Below, piece after piece: positions 46,254 through 53,987 of a stretch of DNA of 53,987 nucleotides (the stretch's first letter is position 1; each line of letters starts with the position of its first letter). Both the position numbers and the translations under genes were made by a program. The notes under the pieces were generated by a model that was given only the letters and a program-made list of their open reading frames with translations, had not been told where the DNA came from and searched no databases. Location: positions 1 to 53,987 of the IMG/VR virus record IMGVR_UViG_3300035015_000011; one strand, 5' to 3'. Source of the stretch: a virus. Lineage: Duplodnaviria > Caudoviricetes.

Positions 46254-46577
46254 GTGGATCCCAAGGTCATAAACCGAGGCTATGGCTTCAAGCTGGGGTT
46301 CAGCCTGGAGAAGGCGGACGGCACGGCGCAGGTGGTGTCCGGAACGACGGCGACTTGGAAGATTGCCGCCAGCCAGGCTGGGCCCGTGCTGATCGAGCGT
46401 GCCGGCATCACCCCGTCGACCGTGTCAGGGAAGACAATCGCCGCGCTGGCGCTGACGGCGCTTGAAACGAAAGCGCTTGTTCCGGGGCAATATTACCACC
46501 AGCTGGCGGTGACGCTTTCCGGCGGTGAGCCGGAAATCCATTTCAAGGGCTGGCTGGCCGTCGAAGAGCGGCTGTGA
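46254..46577 (+). CDS. Small beta-sandwich (BppU-N-like) structural protein
   Basis: AGGAGG RBS; INRG...L....T..L.PG.YY.QL.V...G.L.V pattern. Confidence 0.6.
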   Translation: MDPKVINRGYGFKLGFSLEKADGTAQVVSGTTATWKIAASQAGPVLIERAGITPSTVSGKTIAALALTALETKALVPGQYYHQLAVTLSGGEPEIHFKGWLAVEERL

Positions 46578-46969
46578 TGAACCCGTTTTCCCAGATCATC
46601 ATGGCGGCCGTCTTTGCCGCCGGGATTGCCGCAGGTTCTGCGGGCTATTCGCTATACGACCGGCTCATCGACGACCCTGCCGTGCGGCGGGCTGGCGTGG
46701 CCCATGGTGTGCAGGCCGAGCGGCTGGCCTGGCAGGAGGCGCGCAACCGGGCGGAGGTTGAAAAGGCGCAACGACTGGCGGAAGCGCAGGCAAAGATTAC
46801 GGCTGCTGACCGGGCGCTGCAGGACCAGAGGGCGAATGAGCGACGGCGAGCTGACGCGATCCGCCGCGCATACGAGGAGCGGAAGACTGATGACAAGGCT
46901 GATCCCGTGCCTGGTTGCGATTGCAGCCAGTACGCTCTTCCTGACTGGGTGCGGAAGGAGCTTGAATGA
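46574..46969 (+). CDS. i-spanin (Rz-like)
   Basis: N-terminal TM helix, coiled coil, C-terminal Cys. Confidence 0.75.
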   Translation: MMNPFSQIIMAAVFAAGIAAGSAGYSLYDRLIDDPAVRRAGVAHGVQAERLAWQEARNRAEVEKAQRLAEAQAKITAADRALQDQRANERRRADAIRRAYEERKTDDKADPVPGCDCSQYALPDWVRKELE

Positions 46970-47180
46970 ATTCCGTGCAGTTCAAGCACTGGTGCCGGAT
47001 CAGAAGCCGGTTGTCCCGGCGGCTGTTCTGGCCAAGCCGGAAGGCAAGACGCAGATTCCAGAGCGCGCGCCACTGGTGACGCAATGGGAACTCTGGGCTG
47101 AAGACCGCGACAGGCTGGATGCCTGCGTGATGCTGTCGACGGCGCAGCGCATGACGATCGAAGCCCTGCAGGAGCGATAG
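46890..47180 (+). CDS. o-spanin lipoprotein (Rz1-like)
   Basis: MTRLIPCLVAIAASTLFLTGC lipobox, Pro-rich, overlaps the i-spanin 3' end. Confidence 0.75.
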   Translation: MTRLIPCLVAIAASTLFLTGCGRSLNEFRAVQALVPDQKPVVPAAVLAKPEGKTQIPERAPLVTQWELWAEDRDRLDACVMLSTAQRMTIEALQER

Positions 47181-47181
47181 T

Positions 47182-47535
47182 ATGGATGGCACTGACCTCA
47201 TCATGAGGCAACTCGAGATGATGAACGGACGTCTCGATACGATCGCAGCGGATGGTTCGAAACGCGGGCATGATCTCTGGGAAAAGCTGAACGAGCAGGG
47301 CCGGGACCTCGCCGTCCTCACGCATCGATTTGGTAGCCTGGAAGAAAGCGTCAACGGCCAGGCCGTGACGCTGAGCGAGTATCAGGATCTCAAGAGACGA
47401 GCCGAGGGCGCCGGATGGCTCGGGCAAAGGCTTCTGCGGTTCGGCTGGATCATTCTCGCGGCTGCAGGCTGGGTCTATGCCAGCTGGACAAGCATCGTCA
47501 GCATGCTCAAGTGGTTGATCGGGAAGGTTCCATGA
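47182..47535 (+). CDS. Coiled-coil protein with C-terminal TM helix
   Basis: Heptad-like N-terminus and hydrophobic C-terminus; lysis-region location. Confidence 0.7.
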   Translation: MDGTDLIMRQLEMMNGRLDTIAADGSKRGHDLWEKLNEQGRDLAVLTHRFGSLEESVNGQAVTLSEYQDLKRRAEGAGWLGQRLLRFGWIILAAAGWVYASWTSIVSMLKWLIGKVP

Positions 47536-47759
47536 ACAAGATCGCTCTCATTCTGGCAGTTGTCCCATCGATTGCGCTCGCAGATCTGCCGCCTGACATC
47601 GATGATCGTCCGGCAGAACCGCCGGCCCTGTCCCAGGTGGCGGTGCCCTGTCTTCGCGAGAAGGACGAGCGGGGCTATGTCGTGACATGGGAGATCCGCA
47701 ACACGGTGACGGGCGAAAGAAAGAGTGTGGGAAGTCAAGAAGTCAGGCAGATATGCTAA
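47532..47759 (+). CDS. Small secreted hypothetical protein
   Basis: MNKIALILAVVPSIALA signal peptide; ATGA coupling. Confidence 0.6.
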   Translation: MNKIALILAVVPSIALADLPPDIDDRPAEPPALSQVAVPCLREKDERGYVVTWEIRNTVTGERKSVGSQEVRQIC

Positions 47760-47881
47760 CGCATGCAGGTGGCATCAGCTTGGTGGATTGCGGGAGGAGA
47801 CAGTTTCCGGTAGTGACCCACACAGCTACCCTCGACCAGGGTGCGCAGTTGCTTGACGACGGGGATTCCAGGGGCACTTCT

Positions 47882-49894
47882 TTGGCGACTTCAGCCTATC
47901 GGCCGGAAATTGATGGCCTACGCGCTATAGCGGTCATCTCGGTCGTCATCTACCATGCTGAACTGAGCCTGTTTGGATATAGTTTCCTGCCCGGCGGTTT
48001 TCTGGGCGTTGATGTTTTCTTTGTAATATCGGGCTACCTGATCGGCAGGATCGTCATCGGCGACGTGTCTGCCGGACGGTTCAGCTTCAGGGACTTTTAC
48101 GAGCGACGGGTTCGGCGGATAGCTCCCGCGTTGTTGTTGGTCATCGGGGCGACAATCCCGTTTGCGTGGTCACTGCTGACGATCGAACAGTTTCGAAGTT
48201 TCGGCTTGAGCATCATCTCATCGCTCACCTTTGTTTCCAACTTCCAGTTCTGGCTGGAGGATGGGTATGCATCGGAGGCCAGTTCGCTCAAGCCTCTGCT
48301 TCATACCTGGAGCCTGGCAATCGAAGAGCAGTTCTACCTCTTCTTCCCTGCCGCCGTGCTCCTGGCTTTCGCTCTCGGTCGCAGAGTGCTTACTGCGGCG
48401 CTGCTGATTGCGCTCGGCCTCTCGATCCTTGTTGCGGAATATCTGACTTATCGAGCGCCATCCGCATCTTTCTATCTTCTGCCAAGCCGTCTGTGGGAGC
48501 TTCTCGCGGGGACTGTGCTCGCATGGCTGGAGATCCGGGGTGTGCGCCGCGTCGGAGGACTTTCTGCCCGGCTCCTGATGATCGCAGCCCTGGCCGTCCT
48601 TGTCGCGTATGTCTGCTTTCCGCTGATAACGCTTGACCGGCATCCGGGATTTGAAACCGTGCCCGTCGTGATCGCCGTCATGGCCATGATCTGGGCAGAC
48701 GGGAAGGGCGGCCGGGCGTACGGGCTGCTCTCTGCTCGGCCTGTTGTTGGGTTGGGGTTGATTTCCTATTCGTTCTATCTCTGGCATCAGCCGGTGTTTG
48801 CTCTCGCGCGAAACGCAAATGTCGACGAATTGTCGTCGTTTCTGAAAATCCTGCTGGTATTTCTATCCGGGGCTCTGGCATGGGCCAGCTGGAAGTTTGT
48901 GGAGACACCCTTCAGGAGCAAGGCAAAGGTACCAAGCCGGGTCCTCTGGTCGGCTTCCGGCTGCGGTCTTGGGCTGATGATCGTCTGCGGGGCCTATTTC
49001 GCCAAGGATGGCCTTCCAATGCGGTATCCTGAATCCGTCCGCTACCAGCCTGTCCAAGAGTGGAAGATCCTCAAGCAGGGTGGACAGCCGTGCCACACCG
49101 AACTTGCGAGTTTTTCCTGTCAGTTCGATCTTTCTGGAGCGGGACGCCCGTGGATGCTCGTCGGTGACAGCCATGCAAGCGTCTTGGGGCCTGCTCTCCT
49201 CGATGGCCTGAAGCAAAAGGCCAGCCGCCTGACGACGTGGACCTGGGGTGGCTGCCCGGTCATCTTCGATGTCGATTATGCGGTCTACAATTATGAAGGC
49301 GAACAGTGCGCCGCGCGCAACATCGAGGTCAGAAAGGCATTGGAAGCGGCGCCGCCCAGTGTTGTCGTCTATGCGGCCCGTATGCCTCTTTGGCTGTCAG
49401 CGGAAAGATTCAACAACGAAGAAGGCGGTGTCGAGGCCGGAACAGCTTTGAAGCTTGCCGTCAAAAACTCGGACGGGGCGACTGTGCCACAGGCCGTGAC
49501 GGAGACGCTTCAATCCATCATAGAGATGGGCCACGAGTTGATTGTGGTCTATCCTGTTCCTGAGGTTGGATGGAGCGTGCCGCGCGCGCTCAACCGTCTC
49601 ACCCCTAAAACTCCGAAATTGGCAGAGGAATGGCTGGCTCGCCAAGGCGTGACCACCTCGCTGGAGGTTTTCCGGCGCCGTAGTGCCGTGGCGTATGACG
49701 CATATGACGCGATCGGTGCCTTGCCGAACGTTCACCGGGTCTACCCGGAGCATGTTTTTTGCAGCGAGGTTTCCATGCGCTGTAAAACGCACGACGTCCG
49801 GTCTGTCTGGTACTCCGATGATGACCACCTTTCACGAGCTGGCGCAGACAAGGTCGTTTCCCAAATTTTTCGTGTGATTTCGAATTCGCTCTAG
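47882..49894 (+). CDS. O-acyltransferase, AT3 plus SGNH domain (OafA/YrhL-like)
   Basis: YRPEIDGLRAIAV, GFLGVDVFFVISGYLI, HTWSLAIEEQFY, SYSFYLWHQP; SGNH GDSHA and DDDH; TTG start inferred. Confidence 0.93.
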   Translation: MATSAYRPEIDGLRAIAVISVVIYHAELSLFGYSFLPGGFLGVDVFFVISGYLIGRIVIGDVSAGRFSFRDFYERRVRRIAPALLLVIGATIPFAWSLLTIEQFRSFGLSIISSLTFVSNFQFWLEDGYASEASSLKPLLHTWSLAIEEQFYLFFPAAVLLAFALGRRVLTAALLIALGLSILVAEYLTYRAPSASFYLLPSRLWELLAGTVLAWLEIRGVRRVGGLSARLLMIAALAVLVAYVCFPLITLDRHPGFETVPVVIAVMAMIWADGKGGRAYGLLSARPVVGLGLISYSFYLWHQPVFALARNANVDELSSFLKILLVFLSGALAWASWKFVETPFRSKAKVPSRVLWSASGCGLGLMIVCGAYFAKDGLPMRYPESVRYQPVQEWKILKQGGQPCHTELASFSCQFDLSGAGRPWMLVGDSHASVLGPALLDGLKQKASRLTTWTWGGCPVIFDVDYAVYNYEGEQCAARNIEVRKALEAAPPSVVVYAARMPLWLSAERFNNEEGGVEAGTALKLAVKNSDGATVPQAVTETLQSIIEMGHELIVVYPVPEVGWSVPRALNRLTPKTPKLAEEWLARQGVTTSLEVFRRRSAVAYDAYDAIGALPNVHRVYPEHVFCSEVSMRCKTHDVRSVWYSDDDHLSRAGADKVVSQIFRVISNSL

Positions 49895-49901
49895 GTGGAC
49901 T

Positions 49902-50183
49902 TCAGGTGCCAGGTTCGCGCCCGAGCTTCCACCTGATCAAGTCGGGAAAGCCGACGCCGCAGACCTCATTGAGCCGCGTGACATCGTTCGATTTTTCGCA
50001 GGTCGATTCGAAGGCCTTGCGCAGCTGCATGAAGGTGAAGTCCGGGCCGTGCCGCTCGATCAGGCCCTTGATGCCGTAGCGGCCGACGCGTCCGCATTTG
50101 CTGCAGGCGACCTCAACCGTCGGATAGGGATAGTCGCAGAGCCTCGAATGATTGCTGTCGGGCAGGGGGATCTGGCGGGTCAT
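49902..50183 (-). CDS. Small Zn-binding hypothetical protein
   Basis: CSKC...C...C; coupled to the upstream gene. Confidence 0.7.
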   Translation of the reverse strand: MTRQIPLPDSNHSRLCDYPYPTVEVACSKCGRVGRYGIKGLIERHGPDFTFMQLRKAFESTCEKSNDVTRLNEVCGVGFPDLIRWKLGREPGT

Positions 50184-50407
50184 CGCCGGAATTGCTCCCG
50201 GATCTTTGCCAGCATGCGGTCGTTCTCGCCGATCGCCAGCATGCGATTTTCCGCAATGCTGATGGCCGCCTCCAGCGCTTCAATCTCTCCCCATCCAGCC
50301 GCTACGGCATTCTCGATGATCTGGAGCACGGCCGCCTCCAAGGCCTCCTGTGCGTCCAGGAAACGATCCGGGTGTTCGGGCGGGCGTGGTGGCGGGGTGA
50401 TGGGCAT
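50180..50407 (-). CDS. Small helical hypothetical protein
   Basis: ITPP...HPDR..D.QEALE...AVAAGW.E.EA pattern; start at 50407 or 50434. Confidence 0.7.
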   Translation of the reverse strand: MPITPPPRPPEHPDRFLDAQEALEAAVLQIIENAVAAGWGEIEALEAAISIAENRMLAIGENDRMLAKIREQFRR

Positions 50408-50512
50408 GAGCGAAGATATGGGTCGCGAGATCATCGTGGCAAGGTATTCGCTCTTCGATTGAAAAATGACAGGCTACACGCTAAGGCTACTATCTATACT
50501 CTTGGAGGCTGA

Positions 50513-51238
50513 GTGCTAGTGGACATAAAGATTCTCGGTGTACGGAATCCAAGGTGGGAGAATGCGACCAGTATCTACTGTGAAGTTATTGCAGCGCACT
50601 GGAACGGCTGGTTGCCCTTCTCGGCTTCCTTGAATGACCCTGAGCCTCATGGCCGACAACTGTACGAAGATCTTGTTTCCGGTGTGCACGGACCCATAGC
50701 CACTGCCTTGGCAGTGGAGACGCCGGAACGGCTTGAAGATGATGCTGGTGGAGGTCTTGCTAAGTTCTGGCCCGACGCTGATGAATTTCTTCGCGAGGCG
50801 AATGCCGAAAATGCGAGGGGGACCAGCCGCGGTATGTGTCTCGTCTGGACTGCCATGGTTGAAATCGCGCTGAGAGAGAAGTTGCCCGCTTATCTGGCGG
50901 AGCGCGGGAAGAAGTTTAGTGACTTTAGAAAACCTGATGGGAAAAAGTACGGAACGGGCTTCTATGACGTTATTGAGGTTGCAGAGGCTTGTGAACTGAT
51001 AAACGCCGATACTGCTCGGCATCTGCATATACTTCGAGACGTGAGAAACGTTTGTGCGCATCAATGGCGGCTGGATTTTTCAAACCCGGAAGTAGCAAAG
51101 CTGCTGCCCAAATTTGAGGTTCTCCGCGACGAACTCTTCCCGAGCCTGATCATTTCACATGATTTCGAGTTTCTAATCCGGATGCTCGTAACCTCGACGT
51201 CCGCGAAAATTGTGGGTGAGTTGCTATATTCATCCTGA
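50513..51238 (+). CDS. Fusion of a tail-fibre-assembly-chaperone-like N-domain and an MtlR/HEPN-like C-domain (putative anti-phage RNase)
   Basis: N-terminal GWLPFSASLNDPEPHGRQLY vs GWAPFTARPDDPEPLGRDLY in 42560-43036; C-terminal SRG...LV..AMVE..L...F...I..A...LI......L..LRDVRNVCAH; GGAGG RBS; low GC. Confidence 0.75.
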   Translation: MLVDIKILGVRNPRWENATSIYCEVIAAHWNGWLPFSASLNDPEPHGRQLYEDLVSGVHGPIATALAVETPERLEDDAGGGLAKFWPDADEFLREANAENARGTSRGMCLVWTAMVEIALREKLPAYLAERGKKFSDFRKPDGKKYGTGFYDVIEVAEACELINADTARHLHILRDVRNVCAHQWRLDFSNPEVAKLLPKFEVLRDELFPSLIISHDFEFLIRMLVTSTSAKIVGELLYSS

Positions 51239-51248
51239 AGAGGGAAGG

Positions 51249-51647
51249 TCAGTCACACCACGGGCGGCGTTTGCCTGTCCATGGGCGTGCAAGTCCCTCG
51301 GCGATCAATAGCTCGCCGAGATCGACGCCATCGATGCCGACCACTGCCAAGGTTCTTCCGTATTTGTCTTTCAGCCTGCCCCTATCGCCCCGGAGAATAT
51401 TGATTGTTCCGGCCGCAAGGAGGTTCGCAACACGCTGCTTAGCAATTTGACCAAGCCTACGTTCTGCATCGCACTGGGCATGGCGGATCTCGGGGGTGTC
51501 GATGTTTAGTATGCGGATGGTCTCGCCGTTGACCTCGATCGTGTCGCCATCAATGACGCGCATGGCAGCAGCCGGGGCGTGGGTGGCCGCCAAGGCGGAA
51601 AGCAGCGCGGCGAATAGGGCGGAGCGAATTGTCTGTCGTGTTCTCAT
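51249..51647 (-). CDS. Thermonuclease (SNase-like) with signal peptide
   Basis: VIDGDTI...IRILNIDTPE...DKYGRTLA...LIAEGLA. Confidence 0.92.
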   Translation of the reverse strand: MRTRQTIRSALFAALLSALAATHAPAAAMRVIDGDTIEVNGETIRILNIDTPEIRHAQCDAERRLGQIAKQRVANLLAAGTINILRGDRGRLKDKYGRTLAVVGIDGVDLGELLIAEGLARPWTGKRRPWCD

Positions 51648-51649
51648 GA

Positions 51650-51664
51650 GAACGTCTTGCGAAC
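51650..51664 (-). promoter_or_regulatory. Alphaproteobacterial LexA (SOS) box
   Basis: GAAC-gtcttgc-GAAC (GTTC-N7-GTTC on the minus strand), 2 bp upstream of the thermonuclease ATG. Confidence 0.65.
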
Positions 51665-51670
51665 CCGATT

Positions 51671-51700
51671 TGCAAAACACAAGAGTGAACCTGCAAAACA
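51671..51700. repeat. TGCAAAACA direct repeat, candidate integrase arm-type sites
   Basis: Copies at 51671-51679 and 51692-51700, about 40-70 bp before the tRNA. Confidence 0.45.
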
Positions 51701-51742
51701 TGGCCTTGATTTTCTCCGCCAAACCATTGAGAACGCTGGCAT

Positions 51743-51828
51743 GCGGACGTGGCGAAACTGGTAGACGCAAGAGACTTAAAATCTCTCGGCCTCAGGTCAT
51801 GCGGGTTCGATCCCCGCCGTCCGCACCA
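51743..51828 (+). tRNA. tRNA-Leu (anticodon TAA), likely attR
   Basis: GCGGACG/CGTCCGC acceptor stem plus ACCA; anticodon arm AGAGA-CTTAAAA-TCTCT; long variable arm; T-loop GGTTCGATCC. Confidence 0.96.
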
Positions 51829-51952
51829 GTGTTGCGCGTGGCGCGCGCAGCTGAGTGTCTTATCCGGACTTTCGCTCGTGTACGGTGATAGATATCGATG
51901 CTTGAGATTTTGCGTGCTGGTGTTCCGAATGGAGGGCTGAAGAGGAGATGCC

Positions 51953-52342
51953 ATGCGGTTGACGGATCGAGCCTTCTTATCGGCCATCGTCTTGGCCGGT
52001 GTGGTCTTTCTGCTGTGTGTCTGGCATTTCTCATCGCGTATGGTCGATGAGCTTTCGGGCCGTTGGGTCGTTGAACAGGTCTGGAGTGAGAAAGACAATC
52101 TGGCGCGCTCTAACATCGTGCAAGGCACCGAGTTGAGAATCGATCGCGAGGGTTACGTGCAACTGGGCCGCCTTGGTCTCGATGGCATGATCGGCAGCGG
52201 GTTTTGCGGACTGAAATGCGGGAAATTCGTCGTGAACGGTTCTGGCGATGCCTACCGTCTGACGGTTGGCGGAAAGTTGAACCTGATGATCCTGACTTCG
52301 ACGAGCCCGGCCAGTGTCATCGTTGCGCGCCGTCAGCGCTGA
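51953..52342 (+). CDS. Hypothetical membrane-anchored protein (probably outside the prophage)
   Basis: AAGGAG RBS; N-terminal TM helix. Confidence 0.65.
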   Translation: MRLTDRAFLSAIVLAGVVFLLCVWHFSSRMVDELSGRWVVEQVWSEKDNLARSNIVQGTELRIDREGYVQLGRLGLDGMIGSGFCGLKCGKFVVNGSGDAYRLTVGGKLNLMILTSTSPASVIVARRQR

Positions 52343-52343
52343 G

Positions 52344-53987
52344 CTAGCGGCTCAGGTTTACCGATCGCAGGAAGCTCTGCGCCTGCATTGAGCAGAGACG
52401 CTGATCGCCACCGCATCGCGCTTGCACCTTTTCGATCTGCTTCAGCCTCCCGCTGGGTTTCACGCCTGCGAACTTCGTCAGAAGAGAGGCCGCCTCTTCC
52501 ACCGTCACTCGCACTTTGGGCTTGACCGAAGGGCCTTCGAAATTCCTCCACATCAGCAATGGTGTGATGAAATCCGGCTCATCGATCGTTTCCAGCACTC
52601 TCTGAGCGTAGTGCTTCGCAAAGGCGGGATGGTGATCACCATAGGCAAGGATAGTGATTGGATAGGGGGCGGAACGGGCGAAGTTGAGGACGGCTGTCAG
52701 CGCTGTCACGCTGTCGTTCAGCCGGTTCACGTAATCAGCAAGAGCTGGACGGTCGGCCTTCGCAAGGTCGTAGGGACCCGGATACCTTACGGATAGGCGG
52801 CTGAGACCATGCGGGCCATGATTCCAATTGGTGGAGACGAAATAGGCGCGGGGCCCGGTTCTTGGGCTTTTAAGCGCTTCGAGAAGTTTCCTGTAGATCA
52901 GGAGATCGTGCAGTTCTTCCCATTTGTCGGGAAGCTCGAGTGAAGAAAAGTCACGGAAGTCGTCGAACCCGTATCTGCGGAAGGCGGTCCTCACGCCCGA
53001 GAAATCTCCGTTCAGGGAATAGAACACATGATTTTCGTATCCTAGAGATTTGAGGTCGTTGCCGAGGCAGCTTTTGAAATGAGGGGCGACATTGACGTGC
53101 GGCTGAAGGCCTCCCCAGCCGAATAGCTGATGATTGACGGAGCAGAGAAGTTCGAATTCCGTCACGACGCTGTTGCCTCCCCAGGTGTGGACCTGCATCT
53201 GCGTGCTCCAGCTCTCAAGCGGCGATGCTATCACCTTGGCAAGCGGCGGCATGTCAGCGAAAGCCGCTTCGAACTGCGGGTCGAAAACCGATTCGAGATG
53301 GACGATGATAATGTCAGGGCAGTTCCCGCAAGATCTAGCAGCCGGACCGATGGGCGCTGGCGGCCAATTCGCCGCATCGGCCGAGAGAGTGTGGGTCAAG
53401 CTGATACTTGCAGAAAGCCCGGCGACCATAGCCGAGACCCGCAAAGGGCCGCGGTCTGCGGTGACACGAGCGGGCATCTGGCGCCTTATCGCATCCATGT
53501 AGCCGCTCGACATGAAGATCTCAGTTGCTGCGATCGAAAGGCACAAAAGCGTCACCCCGACGAAAGCCCTGATGCGAACCGGAGCGGCAGGACGCTCCAA
53601 ACGCCAGGAAACACCGCTCGACAGCATAAGCACTACAAGGAAGCCGGCCGCGGTGGAGGCCGCCGCCGAATAGGTAAAGAAGATGCCGAATTCGAGGTCC
53701 TGTATGAATTGCAGGATGATGTCGAGATCATGCTGATGAAGATGCTGGCGGAGTTCGGCAAACTTGAAGCGGTCGGCCTGGTCGATCCCGACTAGAAGCC
53801 CGGTGATGACGAGCGATGTGCCAAGGGGGCGCCCAGATATACCGAGCAACGTCAGTTGCCATAAAGACAGAAGACTGAAGACGGAAAGCAACCCATCCCA
53901 TGTGTATTCCCGGCTTGATGCAACTGCATTTACCACGCCGAAGATCAGGCAGGCCACAACCAGACCTGCGAGTTTACTGCGCCCCAT
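52344..53987 (-). CDS. LTA synthase / sulfatase-like membrane protein (probably host)
   Basis: N-terminal TM helices; HLESVFDP, WGGNS..TEFE, NHGPH, YGDHHP metal-binding motifs. Confidence 0.85.
   Translation of the reverse strand: MGRSKLAGLVVACLIFGVVNAVASSREYTWDGLLSVFSLLSLWQLTLLGISGRPLGTSLVITGLLVGIDQADRFKFAELRQHLHQHDLDIILQFIQDLEFGIFFTYSAAASTAAGFLVVLMLSSGVSWRLERPAAPVRIRAFVGVTLLCLSIAATEIFMSSGYMDAIRRQMPARVTADRGPLRVSAMVAGLSASISLTHTLSADAANWPPAPIGPAARSCGNCPDIIIVHLESVFDPQFEAAFADMPPLAKVIASPLESWSTQMQVHTWGGNSVVTEFELLCSVNHQLFGWGGLQPHVNVAPHFKSCLGNDLKSLGYENHVFYSLNGDFSGVRTAFRRYGFDDFRDFSSLELPDKWEELHDLLIYRKLLEALKSPRTGPRAYFVSTNWNHGPHGLSRLSVRYPGPYDLAKADRPALADYVNRLNDSVTALTAVLNFARSAPYPITILAYGDHHPAFAKHYAQRVLETIDEPDFITPLLMWRNFEGPSVKPKVRVTVEEAASLLTKFAGVKPSGRLKQIEKVQARCGGDQRLCSMQAQSFLRSVNLSR

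Larger units (their letters stand above)
1..51828. mobile_element. Temperate prophage: lambda-like head, Mu-like contractile tail, P4-type primase/helicase replication
   Basis: Full ordered gene set from integrase through switch, replication, packaging, head, tail and lysis to cargo, ending at a tRNA. attL is not in the window (left of position 1), so the boundaries are inferred. Confidence 0.95.

Noticed and set aside
50513-51238. Simple second tail chaperone or mannitol repressor
   Set aside because: It is far from the tail genes, has atypical composition, lacks the chaperone C-domain, and has no sugar-metabolism context.
51953-53987. Prophage cargo beyond the tRNA
   Set aside because: Lies past the probable attR and has no phage features; cannot be fully excluded without attL.

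Overview
The window is almost entirely one apparently intact temperate prophage (about 1-51,830) in a high-GC alphaproteobacterium, probably Rhizobiaceae-like (rhizobial-type intergenic repeat, alpha-type LexA box). From left to right it holds: a tyrosine integrase and excisionase; a leftward early operon (modular repeat gene, HNH, beta clamp, ASCH, DUF2303-like, SSB, MazG-like, degenerate HD protein); a lambda-like cI/cro switch with four visible operators; a rightward early/replication region (CII-like protein, two DNA methyltransferases, P4-type primase and helicase, iteron-rich putative origin); a lambda-like head module joined to a Mu-like contractile tail; a lysis cassette split by a three-gene fibre-like module; and right-end cargo (AT3-SGNH O-acyltransferase, a chaperone-HEPN fusion, a thermonuclease with a LexA box). 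A complete tRNA-Leu(TAA) marks the likely right boundary, followed by two probable host genes. The best candidate for an undescribed system is the low-GC gene at 50513-51238. It fuses a domain clearly similar to this phage's own tail-fibre assembly chaperone to an MtlR/HEPN-like domain with an RxxxxH motif, which suggests a tail-fibre-sensing abortive-infection RNase. The second candidate is a modular gene built from three identical 167-bp in-frame repeats separating unrelated domains, with a G11 tract that frameshifts its last module. All family assignments come from motif recognition by eye; no searches were run.
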